DNA of 64,000 bases from Macrostomum lignano (taxonomy: Eukaryota). The position numbers and the translations under genes are program-made. Positions 48,740-61,555 of this stretch are shown in pieces; the first letter of the stretch is position 1, and each line of letters opens with the position of its first letter. The stretch lies in assembly GCA_002269645.1 (NCBI GenBank), contig NIVC01000199.1, forward strand, positions 731,069 to 795,068. The letters are read 5' to 3'. Below the pieces are notes generated by a model, which searched no databases, was not told the DNA's origin, and saw only the letters and a program-made list of their open reading frames with translations.

Positions 48740-49808
48740 TCGACCTTCTCTTCTGTTTCCTCTCCTCTCTCTCGTCTCTGTCTCTTCTCTCTCTCCTCTA
48801 TCCCCTATTCTCTCGTCTATTCTCTCTCCCTTCTATTCTTTTATCCCTCCTCTCCTCCCTCCTCTCTACTCTCTCCTCTCTCTCCTCTCATCTCTTCTCT
48901 TCTTTCCGCTCTCCTCTCTCCTCTCTTTTATCGTCTCTTCCCTCACCTCTCTTCTCTCTCATCTTTGCTCTCTTATCTATCTCTTCTTTCTCCTCTTTTA
49001 TCTTTTCTCTCTTCTCATTCTTTCTGCATGTTTTCTCCTCTCTCTTTCCCTCTCTCTCTCTCCTCTCTCTCCCTCTCTCTCCTCTTATCTCTCTGCTCTC
49101 TCCTGTCCCATATCTCTTTCTCCTCTAATCTCTCCCCTGTTTCCTCTCGTCTCTCGTCCTTTCTCCTCTTTCCCCTGTCTTCTTGGTTCTCTCCCCTCCC
49201 CTCCTCTCTCCTCACTCACTTCTCTCTCCCTTTGTCTCACCTCTCATCTCTTATTTCTATCCTTTTTATCCCCCTCTCCCATCTCTTATCTGTTCACTCT
49301 TGTCTCTGGTCTGTCATCTCTCCTCTCTCATCTGCCATCTTTACTCTCTTATACTCGTATGTTCTCTCACCTCTCTTATCTGTACTCTTCGATCTTTCCC
49401 CTCTTTTGACTCCTCTCTTTCCTTTCTCCTTTTTCCCTTCTTTTCTCTTCCCTCTTCTATTCTCTCTCTCTCTTGTCTTCTCTCTTCTCTCTTCACTCTC
49501 CTCTCTCCTCTCATATATCGCGTTCACTCTCATCTTTGCTCTCTACCCCCACTCTCTTCTGTCATCTTTACTCTCCACTCTCCTGTGTACTCTTCTCTTT
49601 CCCCTCTACTGAATCCTCTCTTCTTACTCCTCTTCTCTTCCCTCTTCTATACTCTCTCCCCTCTATTCTCTTCTCTTGTCTCTTTGCACTCTGCCCTCTC
49701 TTCCTTCATCTCTCATCTCTACTCTCTCATCTCCACAATCTCATCTCTTTCCTCTCTCCTCTTCTTCCCTTTACTTTATCATCTCTCCTTTCTCCTCTCT
49801 TCTTTCTC

Positions 49809-49852
<44 letters not shown>

Positions 49853-50180
49853 TCTTATTTCCTCTCTTCTCACTCTCTCTCCCTCTCTCTCCCTTCCTAT
49901 CTCCTCTCTGTTCTCTATTCTCTATTCTCTTCTCACTCTTCTCTACTCTCCTCTCTCATCGATCCTCTGTCTCATCTCTCCCCTCTTCTCTCTTCCTCTT
50001 CTTACCTCTACTCTTTCCTCTCCCTCCTGTCTCCCCTCCTCTCGCTTCCTCCTCCCATATTCTCTGCTCTCTCCTCGTTCTCACCCCACTCGTCTCTCCT
50101 GTTATCTTATCTTTTCTCTTACCCCCCTCTCGCCCTTCCTCTCTTTCTAATAGTCTATTCCTTTTCTTTTTCACTCTCAT
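48740..50180. repeat. About 1.4-kb CT-rich polypyrimidine low-complexity tract (mirrored as GA-rich 61185-62610)
   Basis: Directly visible. Confidence 0.92.
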
Positions 50181-51678
50181 CTGGCCAGCAGCCATGTGCC
50201 CATGACTCCATGAGCTGGATTCTTTATCTGGCCTTTGAGTTAAAAATCTACCGATCCCTGCTTCGAAAGCCAGTTTGTGGGATCTAGTACTATCATGGTT
50301 ATCATTTCTCATGCTTTAATCACGTCACCTTTCTGGCCAATTAGCAGCCCTGAGAGGAATTTGTGTATCTCCAGCTCCACCACCACAGTCTGCACTCTGC
50401 AGCAGTCTAACAACCAAGAAAATACGCATTTCTTAGGAGTCATTTAAATTTTAAAGTTACCCTATGCGAAACTTTATGTTAAAAGCTTCATGGTGTAACT
50501 AATTTAGTAGGATTGCATTGTAATAAGTTATTCATTAATTTTTCGCTATTTTTACAAACCATCCCGCATCGCCTTGATTTGCCTGTTTGCCATCCACTGT
50601 TAAACTGCTGCAGACTTGTCTATACAGAGGACAGTGGATTGAATCTCTCGCTGAAACTGTCTCTCCTCTCCACGCCTCTCCACTCGCGGGGGTGCAGAGA
50701 AGGCTATTAAAAGTTATTCCAAAACACTGTACGTTGCCATGTACATTCAGCCCTATCGCCTGACCCTTCGTCTGGGCTGGGGGAATGAGTGAGTGAGTGG
50801 CACAAACAACAGAAAAAGCAGACAAACTTCACATGCTTACAGTTTCCGCCCTGATTGAGATACAGAGTTGAGACTTTACATGTAGGCAGAGAATGAGTCA
50901 ATAAAGAATTGTGTCAAATTTGAAGTCAATCGCTTCACGTGGAGCAAAACTATGGCAGCCGAAAGTTAGGCATTTTAAAACCTATTCACACCCTTTGCCC
51001 AGATCGGGAAAGAGAGGCAGGCGGGCAGAGGTTGGGGTGGCTGCTCGCTGAAAAAAAACAGCCTAACTTTAAAAGTGCACAGCGGCTTTCAGGATTAACT
51101 TTGAGATTTGAAATTTTACACAATTGTGTCAAAATAGTTGAAAATTGCCTGTGTCAAATTTGAAGAGAATTGGTAGAAGTGGAGCGGCGCTATGGAGGAT
51201 TAAGTAAAAAAATCGCGCATTTTGAGCAGTTTTTTGTACTTTTATCTAGGAAGACTTGAGTCTAGGAAATTTTAAGGTAGCCTAAGACATTCTCGTAGTA
51301 AGTTTAGGATGGGTGTAAAGTTTGGTGTCATTTGGTTGAGTGGTTTGGGAGTCCATAGCGATCAAAATTGTCCACACACAGACACACAGAGTTTTGATTT
51401 TTATAGTTAGAGATATAGTGATTTATGTAATTTTAGTACTCTTTGATAGCATAACATTTTATTTTACGAATTATGGAATTAGGCCTGACACTATATATTT
51501 TGCAAAGTATAGGCCCCCCTAACAAAGTGTAACTATATATTTTTTCAGCGCCATGCACCATGTGCGCTGCCAGAGCATTTCCAATTTTTCCTTGTACCCC
51601 GTGTGCACCATGTGTGCCAAAAAAGGGCCAATTTGCGCTGGAAAATTCACCAAAAACTGCCACCTTCCCAGCTATGGT

Positions 51679-51868
51679 CAGTGGCGCAACCAGGGGGGGG
51701 CGGGGGGGGGGGGCGGTTGCCCCCCTTAGGCGGGGGACCAAAAAAAAATCAAAGGGGAGACCAAGCAAATTTTTGCTAAAAACAGAGCCACCCGTCCGCC
51801 GCCCCCCCCTCCTAGGACTTTACCCTCAGAATCCGCCCCCCCTTTAAAAATTTCTGGTTGCGCTACTG
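51679..51868. mobile_element. hAT-like MITE, TIR CAGTGGCGCAACCAG, 8-bp TSD GCTATGGT (mirror copy 59175-59362)
   Basis: CAGTGGCGCAACCAG / CTGGTTGCGCTACTG termini; perfect 8-bp TSD; present in both arms. Confidence 0.85.
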
Positions 51869-54088
51869 GCTATGGTATGTATACTAATATATAATAAAAT
51901 ATTAATCAATATACATGATTTATGAAAAGGTCTTAAAAATCTAGAATATTCATCACGAAATAAATAGCAATTTATACAGTTAGCAATTTAACTGGACAAA
52001 TAGTAAAAATGCTATTTGTCTAGTCACCAGATAAATAACAACTGCCTTTGCCCTACTGGCTACTCTAAAGATAGAAAAAATGCTTCAAAAAACAGTTTTA
52101 TTGTTTTAATACCTTGGAATATTTCCAAACATGCTAAAATCAGCTTCTCAAGTGGAGAAAGTGTGAAAAAACATAGAAAAAATAGTTTAACAAACAATTT
52201 AAGAGAAGAATGCCAATACCAAATAAGTGATTCAGCATTCAGCAGGAACTTCATGCATCAATCGATCAATGAAGAAGAATATTGTCAAGTTCTAATCTAG
52301 AGGACAACATTTTTAGGCCATAGTCTAAAGCTATACGTATAAAGCTTCTAATGGGCCAAGGCCTAGCCTAGCTGGGAGCCTGGGGCTAGCCCTAGGCTAC
52401 CTAGCTCACTAGCTGTAATTTGAACAGGCCTAAGATATAATAGGACTTAGCGAAGTTAGCGACTCAACTTCGAAGATTTCGGATCCTGAGAACTCCAAGT
52501 GAATGTCTCTAATAAAGCTTTAAGTAATGTCTTAAGAAAAGTAGTGTTATTTATTCTTCGATATGACCCGACCCCGCCGACCTGTTACGCCTTTAGTAGG
52601 CCACTCATATAACAACAAAAAACGTGTTGAATCTAGTTCAAACTTGTGCTAAAACTTATTTTTTAAACAAATATTGTTTTTTAAAACTTTTTTGTTTTTC
52701 AATTTTGGTTTACTTTTGATTTTAAAAACTAAAAAAAACTTATAAATATATAAAATTTGCAGGCATCCAAAACTTGTTCATGATTTTTAATAAAGAATTT
52801 GAATTTAATAAAATTTTAAAGAACTGGGAAGGCCCGGCCGGGCCTGACGACGGGTACTAACTACTGAATTCACCGGCACTTGGGTTCACCGGATTTTTAA
52901 CTTTATTTTTAAGGCTTAAAAATATACATAATCGATAGCGCAAGTAAAACTAGAGATGCGCCTAGATTTTTGGCTCTGCGCGTTGCCCCTGGACATCAGG
53001 AGGGCGATTTTTGTTATTTTTTGGGGGGTGAAACCGGCGGTGAACCCAATAAATCCTTCCAGAGAGCTGAAAACCTGTCATGCAATATTTCAAAGCAAAA
53101 TATAGGCAGATTTCGACGTGCGCATAAAATTTCAGCGTTGCGCGTTGCTCCTGAACTGCAGGAGAACGTTTTTTGTTAAATTCCGGTGTTGAATGACTGC
53201 CGCTGAACTCCGCGGTGAACGAAATTAAGTGCGTTTCCCGAGTCGAAAAATAGTAAATTTTCCTATTAAAAAAGTTATCAAATTAAAGTTTTATCACTTT
53301 CATCAGCATTTTTGCACTCAATTTTGTGTTGACTGTTAAGCTATTTATTTTAATGCAAAGCGAAAACATTAAAAAATATTTCGAACTGCGAGTCTTTATT
53401 GCGCAACGTGGCAGCAGGCAGTTACAGCGCACTTGCGCATAAAAAATACATTATATTTATACGCCGTGTGGTATTTTTGTGGCCATACTTAATAATGAAG
53501 CCTTTTATGCTGTTTTACTTCCTATATTTTTAGATTTATTTTTCAATTACGTCTTGAAACATGCAGTCAAAGTGTTAATATCAGTATAGGCAATAAAATA
53601 AAATTGGCATTTCTTGGCTTGATGCTTTTTACAACTTGTTAAAACCTCTATTTTAATATTTCTTCTCTTCTAATAAGTCAAATTATAAACATAATATCTA
53701 TTTAAGATCCCATAGTGCTTTTCCATTAAGTATAAATTCAATTATATCAGGCAGGCACTTAGTATACTTTTATAAAATAATAACTACAACATGCAATAAA
53801 AATATTGACTATACTAGCCTATTTAATTACTTGTAATTTTATGTAATATTACTAGCCAATAAATATTTTTATATTTGATTTCATTGTAGTTATAAAAAAT
53901 TTAAAAAATTCTGTATATTTATAACATTGTTGACTCATAAAATTCTTTCTTGTTTTTTCTCCTAACCATAATTAATATTTCAAAAAATATACATCAAGAA
54001 TTATTAATTTTTCTTGATTTGTAAATAAAAATATTACCCTGCAATTTTCAATATTTTTCATGTATTTTATGTAAAATGCGCAATTTCA

Positions 54089-55000
54089 TGTGTTTTTTGT
54101 GTTTCCATCAGTTTAGCTTGGGCTAACTAGAAACTGCAGACTGACAGAATGCATTTCTTACTCCGGGATATTGCTTTTTTCTAAGTTAAAGAGACCAATA
54201 TGCTCATTAGGAGTAGCTTTATGCCCAGAAGCACAGTACGCACAATAAATTGTGTTTTTTGTGTTTCCATCAGTTTAGCCTGTTATTGGGCTATCTAGAA
54301 ACTGAAGACTGACAGAATGCATTTCTTTCTCCGGGATATTGCTTCTTTCTAAGTTAAAGAGACCAATATGCTCATTAGGAGTAGCTTTATGCCCAGAAGC
54401 ACAGTACGCACAATAAATTGTGTTTTTTGTGTTTCCATCAGTTTAGCCTGTTATTGGGCTATCTAGAAACTGAAGACTGACAGAATGCATTTCTTTCTCC
54501 GGGATATTGCTTCTTTCTAAGTTAAAGAGACCAATATGCTCATTAGGAGTAGCTTTATGCCCAGAAGCACAGTACGCACAATAAATTGTGTTTTTTGTGT
54601 TTCCATCAGTTTAGCCTGTTATTGGGCTATCTAGAAACTGAAGACTGACAGAATGCATTTCTTTCTCCGGGATATTGCTTCTTTCTAAGTTAAAGAGACC
54701 AATATGCTCATTAGGAGTAGCTTTATGCCCAGAAGCACAGTACGCACAATAAATTGTGTTTTTTGTGTTTCCATCAGTTTAGCCTGTTATTGGGCTATCT
54801 AGAAACTGAAGACTGACAGAATGCATTTCTTTCTCCGGGATATTGCTTCTTTCTAAGTTAAAGAGACCAATATGCTCATTAGGAGTAGCTTTATGCCCAG
54901 AAGCACAGTACGCACAATAAATTGTGTTTTTTGTGTTTCCATCAGTTTAGCCTGTTATTGGGCTATCTAGAAACTGAAGACTGACAGAATGTATTCCTTT
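54089..55000. repeat. 168-bp satellite, about 5.4 copies
   Basis: CACAATAAAT recurs at 54241, 54409 and 54577 (period 168); near-identical monomers. Confidence 0.93.
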
Positions 55001-55287
55001 TTACGGATATTCCTCGTGTTGCTGATATGTTGACATCAATGTTGTCACAAGAAATTTTTTGTCGTGCCATTGTCAAAATTGGCAATGTTGTTGCAACAAC
55101 ATTGATACATCTTTACTACTTTACTATGAGTAGTGCAGCGAGAGTTGTAAATGAAATAAAGTAAGGCATAAAATTGTTAAACCAGAATTATTTTAGCTCT
55201 GAACATACCTGCTATTCTAATTCAAAAGAATGGAAACGTGTTTTAAAATTTTTAATTAGTAATATATTTGAGGTTTACAATTCGAAG

Positions 55288-55890
55288 TTTTTCTCACGAA
55301 TCAACCTCAACCAGTCGTATCTACAGCTGCCTCTGCACGATGACGCCAAGAATCTGACCTGCTTCTACACCGAATTCGGCCTCTACCGTTTCAGACGCAT
55401 GCCGTTCGGCATCAGCTCGGATCCGGCGGCCTTCCAGAAGCTCGTCGGCAAGATCCTCCAAGGCATCAGAGGCGTCGTTCACTATCAAGACGACATCGCC
55501 GTTCACGCCGGTACTGAAGCTGAGCACGAAAGTCGCGTACTTCAGGTACTGGACAAGCTGCTGCAGCATCGAGTAACCGTCAACCTCAAGAAGTGCAACC
55601 TTCAAGGCGTCGGAGATCGAGTTCGTTGGACACCGCGTCAGCGCAGCGGGAATTCAACCTCTCCAGTCGCACACCGAGTCCGTATCGGGACTTAAGGCAC
55701 CCACCAATACGGCAAAGTTAGCCTCATTCCTTGGCTTTGCAAAGTTCCTCCAGTTCTACATCAAGAACCTGTCTCACGTCGCCGAGCCGCTAACAGCGCT
55801 CCTGCGCAAGGACACGCCATGGAACTGGGACGCAAAATGCGAGATGGCCTTCAGCGAAGCGAAGCGTCTCATCTCATCAGCACCGTGCCT
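55288..55890 (+). pseudogene. Ty3/Gypsy reverse transcriptase fragment
   Basis: FSRINLNQSYLQL (Asp replaced by Asn), YRFRRMPFGISS, HYQDDI, NLKKC; frameshift; FVGH, FLGFAK, AEPLTALLRK, AFSEAKRLI. Confidence 0.9.
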
Positions 55891-56259
55891 CATCTCATCC
55901 TTCCCGCTTTCAGCTATGGCGTCATCCGCCTCTTTCAACCCCGCTGAAGCCGGGGCCCCGGCAACTCCGGCCGGTGACTCTGGCACGAGCGCCGCCCCAC
56001 TGGGGGCAGATGGGCTTGCCGCCGGCTCGGCCGGTGACATGCCCGCACGCGCAACCGGGCCCTCCGCTGAAGCCCGACGCGCCCGCAACCAACGCCGCAA
56101 CGAGCGGCGACGGCGACTGCGGGCCGACCACCGGCGGAGGGGGAACCTAGGGAGGACGAGGCTGCTGTTGGCCCGAAAGGAGCCACAGCAACCCCTGCCC
56201 CCAAGGATACAACCCCGCTGGTGAGCTGGGAAACCGCCGCACTAATTACGCCTCAAAGG

Positions 56260-56745
56260 TCAAGCTCCAACCGGCGGTCATCGTCTTCGGGGAAGAGCAA
56301 GACCTCACGGCCGACGAGCTCGACAGTGCCTGGCGCACCATCGATGCTGCGCTCATCGACCAGCTCCTGGCGGGCCGCCCTGTGAGCGTGGTCAAGTCCG
56401 CCAAGACCGACGGCTGCATCTTCATCTGGTGCAGCTCGGAGGAGAGCAGCCGCAATCTACGCGAGCTTCTGCCAAAGCTGAACTGGCCCAAGAAGCTCGG
56501 CAAGCTCGTCTTCGCCAGCGCTTTCGCGTCTGGATCCCGGCCGGCAGTGCCATTAAGTCCGGAGATCAGCTTAGGCAAATATTGCTAAAGCTGCACCCTG
56601 ACCTTGAGGTCAACGGGCTCCTACACCACGCCACTTCCCGCAAGGAGAAGGGGGCTACGGTGATCCTAGGGCTCTCTAATGACTGGGCTGAGCACTTGCC
56701 GCCTAAGTCCACAATCCATATTGAAGGCTCTTCATATTGCTTGTT
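56260..56745 (+). pseudogene. Frameshifted fragment resembling a LINE ORF1 (DUF4780-like, R1/LOA-type)
   Basis: GCIFIWCSSEES..LPKLNWP and RFRVWIPAG..ILLKLHPDL..GATVILGL resemble DUF4780 from memory; not searched. Confidence 0.45.
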
Positions 56746-57324
56746 CTGGTTCTAGAACCAGAACCAATTTGTAAAGTATAACTTTTTGTCTCCTAAACTA
56801 GAGGGATATTAGTGCTTTAAAATTGTGATTATTAAATGGCAATAGCCAAGAAGAAAGTGAAAAATAGTGCGAATTGAGGCTGTTAAGGCAGTCAAACATT
56901 CAACAAAGTTAAATAGTTATACTGCTTTTTTTCTTGGAAATCCGAACCGATTCTGGTTCGAGAATCGATTGCCGTGAAGAGGCTCTTGGTCTGACTCAGC
57001 TGACCATCCTCCGTTGCGAGGAGCGGAAAGCTGATGAAGCCAAGAATGCCAAGGCTTCCGAAACCGGAACTGGGGCCTAGGCTCCTCCGGCAAAGAAGCC
57101 GAGGCAAACGGCCGATCCTATGCCTGGTAGGGCAGTTCGCGCTGCTGAAACCGGAAATCGCAATCGCAGACCCGCCAGGAGCACCCGGAGGTCCGGCCTG
57201 ATCCAGCGCGCGCTGGACCAGGCCAAGAACCTTCGGGCGTATCGTGAGCGGGCCCGCGCTTCTCGCGCTTCACCCCAACAGCCAGAAGGACAGGCTGTAA
57301 GCTATCGAAGATATCGAAGATGCT

Positions 57325-57580
57325 GTTCTTGATCTCGTCGTTGTCAGGTTTGCTGTAGTTGCAGCGCTTCACGAGCTGGCGTAGAGAACCCATGAACTGG
57401 TCGAAGTCCTCCGCTTCTCCTTGCATTCTGGTGCGCAGCTGATAGCTTTCAAATGTCTCGTTGGAGAGAGGCTGGCAGTAGACATCAAACTTCTTGATCA
57501 AATCCTCGTACTTTTTCACTTCCGCAGTAGGAAACGTGGCATAGACATCTTGTCCATCTGGTCCTAGAGCTATCGCTTCT
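57325..57580 (-). pseudogene. Ty3/Gypsy gag fragment
   Basis: ALGPDGQDVYATFP..KFDVYCQPLSNETFESYQLRTRMQ..EDFDQFMGSLRQLVKRCNY. Confidence 0.8.
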
Positions 57581-57794
57581 TGAACATCAACTCAACTCAA
57601 ACGCCGACAAAAAGCAGCATTCGCAGGTAGAGGACCTTGCGCTTCGAAAACAGTGTACGCATCGTTAATAAACGCGAGTAAAAAGGGAAAGTGGGTACCG
57701 AATTTATTGTGTTACTGTGATTTTAGCGATTAAGACGTTGGTATGAAGCAGATTCGTCTCTTTAACTTGGAAAGAAACAGTATCCCTAAAAAAG

Positions 57795-60700
57795 GACTCG
57801 GGAAACGCACTTAATTTCGTTCACCGCGGAGTTCAGCGGCAGTCATTCAACACCGGAATTTAACAAAAAAACGTTCTCCTGCAGTTCAGGAGCAACGCGC
57901 AACGCTGAAATTTTATGCGCACGTCGAAATCTGCCTATATTTTGCTTTGAAATATTGCATGACAGGTTTTCAGCTCTCTGGAAGGATTTATTGGGTTCAC
58001 CGCCGGTTTCACCCCCAAAAAATAACAAAAATCGCCCTCCTGATGTCCAGGGGCAACGCGCAGAGCCAAAAATCTAGGCGCATCTCTAGTTTTACTTGCG
58101 CTATCGATTATGTATATTTTTAAGCCTTAAAAATAAAGTTAAAAATCCGGTGAACCCAAGTGCCGGTGAATTCAGTAGTTAGTACCCGTCGTCAGGCCCG
58201 GCCGGGCCTTCCCAGTTCTTTAAAAATTTATTAAATTCAAATTCTTTATTAAAAATCATGAACAAGTTTTGGATGCCTGCAAATTTTATATATTTATAAG
58301 TTTTTTTTAGTTTTTAAAATCAAAAGTAAACCAAAATTGAAAAACAAAAAAGTTTTAAAAAACAATATTTGTTTAAAAAATAAGTTTTAGCACAAGTTTG
58401 AACTAGATTCAACACGTTTTTTGTTGTTATATGAGGTGGCCTACTAAAGGCGTAACAGGTCGGCGGGGTCGGGTCATATCGAAGAATAAATAACACTACT
58501 TTTCTTAAGACATTACTTAAAGCTTTATTAGAGACATTCACTTGGAGTTCTCAGGATCCGAAATCTTCGAAGTTGAGTCGCTAACTTCGCTAAGTCCTAT
58601 TATATCTTAGGCCTGTTCAAATTACAGCTAGTGAGCTAGGTAGCCTAGGGCTAGCCCCAGGCTCCCAGCTAGGCTAGGCCTTGGCCCATTAGAAGCTTTA
58701 TACGTATAGCTTTAGACTATGGCCTAAAAATGTTGTCCTCTAGATTAGAACTTGACAATATTCTTCTTCATTGATCGATTGATGCATGAAGTTCCTGCTG
58801 AATGCTGAATCACTTATTTGGTATTGGCATTCTTCTCTTAAATTGTTTGTTAAACTATTTTTTCAATGTTTTTTCACACTTTCTCCACTTGAGAAGCTGA
58901 TTTTAGCATGTTTGGAAATATTCCAAGGTATTAAAACAATAAAACTGTTTTTTGAAGCATTTTTTCTATCTTTAGAGTAGCCAGTAGGGCAAAGGCAGTT
59001 GTTATTTATCTGGTGACCAGACAAATAGCATTTTTACTATTTGTCCAGTTAAATTGCTAACTGTATAAATTGCTATTTATTTCGTGATGAATATTCTAGA
59101 TTTTTAAGACCTTTTCATAAATCATGTATATTGATTAATATTTTATTATATATTAATAGTATACATACCATAGCCAGTAGCGCAACCAGAAATTTTTAAA
59201 GGGGGGGCGGATTCTGAGGGTAAAGTCCTAGGAGGGGGGGGGCGGCGGACGGGTGGCTCTGTTTTTAGCAAAAATTTGCTTGGTCTCCCTTTGATTTTTT
59301 TTTGGTCCCCCGCCTAAGGGGGGCAACCGCCCCCCCCCCCGCCCCCCCTGGTTGCGCCACTGACCATAGCTGGGAAGGTGGCAGTTTTTGGTGAATTTTC
59401 CAGCGCAAATTGGCCCTTTTTTGGCACACATGGTGCACACGGTGACACGGGGTACAAGGAAAAATTGGAAATGCTCTGGCAGCGCACATGGTGCATGGCG
59501 CTGAAAAAATATATAGTTACACTTTGTTAGGGGGGCCTATACTTTGCAAAATATATAGTGTCAGGCCTAATTCCATAATTCGTAAAATAAAATGTTATGC
59601 TATCAGAGTACTAAAATTACATAAATCACTATATCTCTAACTATAAAAATCAAAACTCTGTGTGTCTGTGTGTGGACAATTTTGATCGCTATGGACTCCC
59701 AAACCACTCAACCAAATGACACCAAACTTTACACCCATCCTAAACTTACTACAGAGAATGTCTTAGGCTACCTTAAAATTTCCTAGACTCAAGTCTTCCT
59801 AGATAAAAGTACAAAAAACTGCTCAAAATGCGCGATTTTTTTATTTAATCCTCCATAGCGCCGCTCCACTTCTACCAATTCTCTTCAAATTTGACACAGG
59901 CAATTTTCAACTATTTTGACACAATTGTGTAAAATTTCAAATCTCAAAGTTAATCCTGAAAGCCGCTGTGCACTTTTAAAGTTAGGCTGTTTTTTTTCAG
60001 CGAGCAGCCACCCCAACCTCTGCCCGCCTGCCTCTCTTTCCCGATCTGGGCAAAGGGTGTGAATAGGTTTTAAAATGCCTAACTTTCGGCTGCCATAGTT
60101 TTGCTCCACGTGAAGCGATTGACTTCAAATTTGACACAATTCTTTATTGACTCATTCTCTGCCTACATGTAAAGTCTCAACTCTGTATCTCAATCAGGGC
60201 GGAAACTGTAAGCATGTGAAGTTTGTCTGCTTTTTCTGTTGTTTGTGCCACTCACTCACTCATTCCCCCAGCCCAGACGAAGGGTCAGGCGATAGGGCTG
60301 AATGTACATGGCAACGTACAGTGTTTTGGAATAACTTTTAATAGCCTTCTCTGCACCCCCGCGAGTGGAGAGGCGTGGAGAGGAGAGACAGTTTCAGCGA
60401 GAGATTCAATCCACTGTCCTCTGTATAGACAAGTCTGCAGCAGTTTAACAGTGGATGGCAAACAGGCAAATCAAGGCGATGCGGGATGGTTTGTAAAAAT
60501 AGCGAAAAATTAATGAATAACTTATTACAATGCAATCCTACTAAATTAGTTACACCATGAAGCTTTTAACATAAAGTTTCGCATAGGGTAACTTTAAAAT
60601 TTAAATGACTCCTAAGAAATGCGTATTTTCTTGGTTGTTAGACTCATACATGCGCAACCTCCAAAATTCGGTCGGCCATGCGACTTAGTTTTAACAAAAA

Positions 60701-61495
60701 TGCGACGTAGTTTTTGGCCAAAAATGCGACTTACATGTAAAAAAAACCCTAAAGCAAAATAAACGCAACTTTAGGTAAACGGCAGGAGTAACTATAACTG
60801 TGTTATTAATCCAAAATGCCTCGTCAGCTTTTTAGTACTACTATTTGGTTATTTTTTCGGGTGGGCATTTTTGCGACTTCCTTGGTTGGCTGCCAAATCG
60901 GTCGGCCGGATCGGCCGACTCGGCCGACTGTTGCGCATATATGGTTAGACTGCTGCAGAGTGCAGACTGTGGTGGTGGAGCTGGAGATACACAAATTCCT
61001 CTCAGGGCTGCTAATTGGCCAGAAAGGTGACGTGATTAAAGCATGAGAAATGATAACCATGATAGTACTACATCCCACAAACTGGCTTTCGAAGCAGGGA
61101 TCGGTAGATTTTTAACTCAAAGGCCAGATAAAGAATCCAGCTCATGGAGTCATGGGCACATGGCTGCTGGCCAGATGAGAGTGAAAAAGAAAAGGAATAG
61201 ACTATTAGAAAGAGAGGAAGGGCGAGAGGGGGTAAGAGAAAAGATAAGATAACAGGAGAGACGAGTGGGGTGAGAACGAGGAGAGAGCAGAGAATATGGG
61301 AGGAGGAAGCGAGAGGAGGGGAGACAGGAGGGAGAGGAAAGAGTAGAGGTAAGAAGAGGAAGAGAGAAGAGGGGAGAGATGAGACAGAGGATCGATGAGA
61401 GAGGAGAGTAGAGAAGAGTGAGAAGAGAATAGAGAACAGAGAGGAGATAGGAAGGGAGAGAGAGGGAGAGAGGAGTGAGAAGAGAGGAAATAAGA

Positions 61496-61555
<60 letters not shown>

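Larger units (their letters stand above)
47360..53244 (+). repeat. Left arm of a giant inverted repeat (may extend further left)
   Basis: Reverse complement of 57795-64000; 53244 pairs with 57795 and 47360 with 64000; ORF translations are mirrored with few substitutions. Confidence 0.95.

Noticed and set aside
48647-50287. Long Leu/Ser/Pro-rich hydrophobic ORFs (and mirrors at 61068-62178)
   Set aside because: Translation of CT-rich low-complexity DNA.
50513-53179. Short ORFs duplicated with identical translations at 57843-60535
   Set aside because: A consequence of the inverted repeat; no recognisable domains.
55288-55890. Idea that this RT fragment is the piece deleted from the Gypsy at 32011-33505
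   Set aside because: Complementary domains and similar codon style, but no overlapping sequence to link them; it needs alignment to a full-length consensus.
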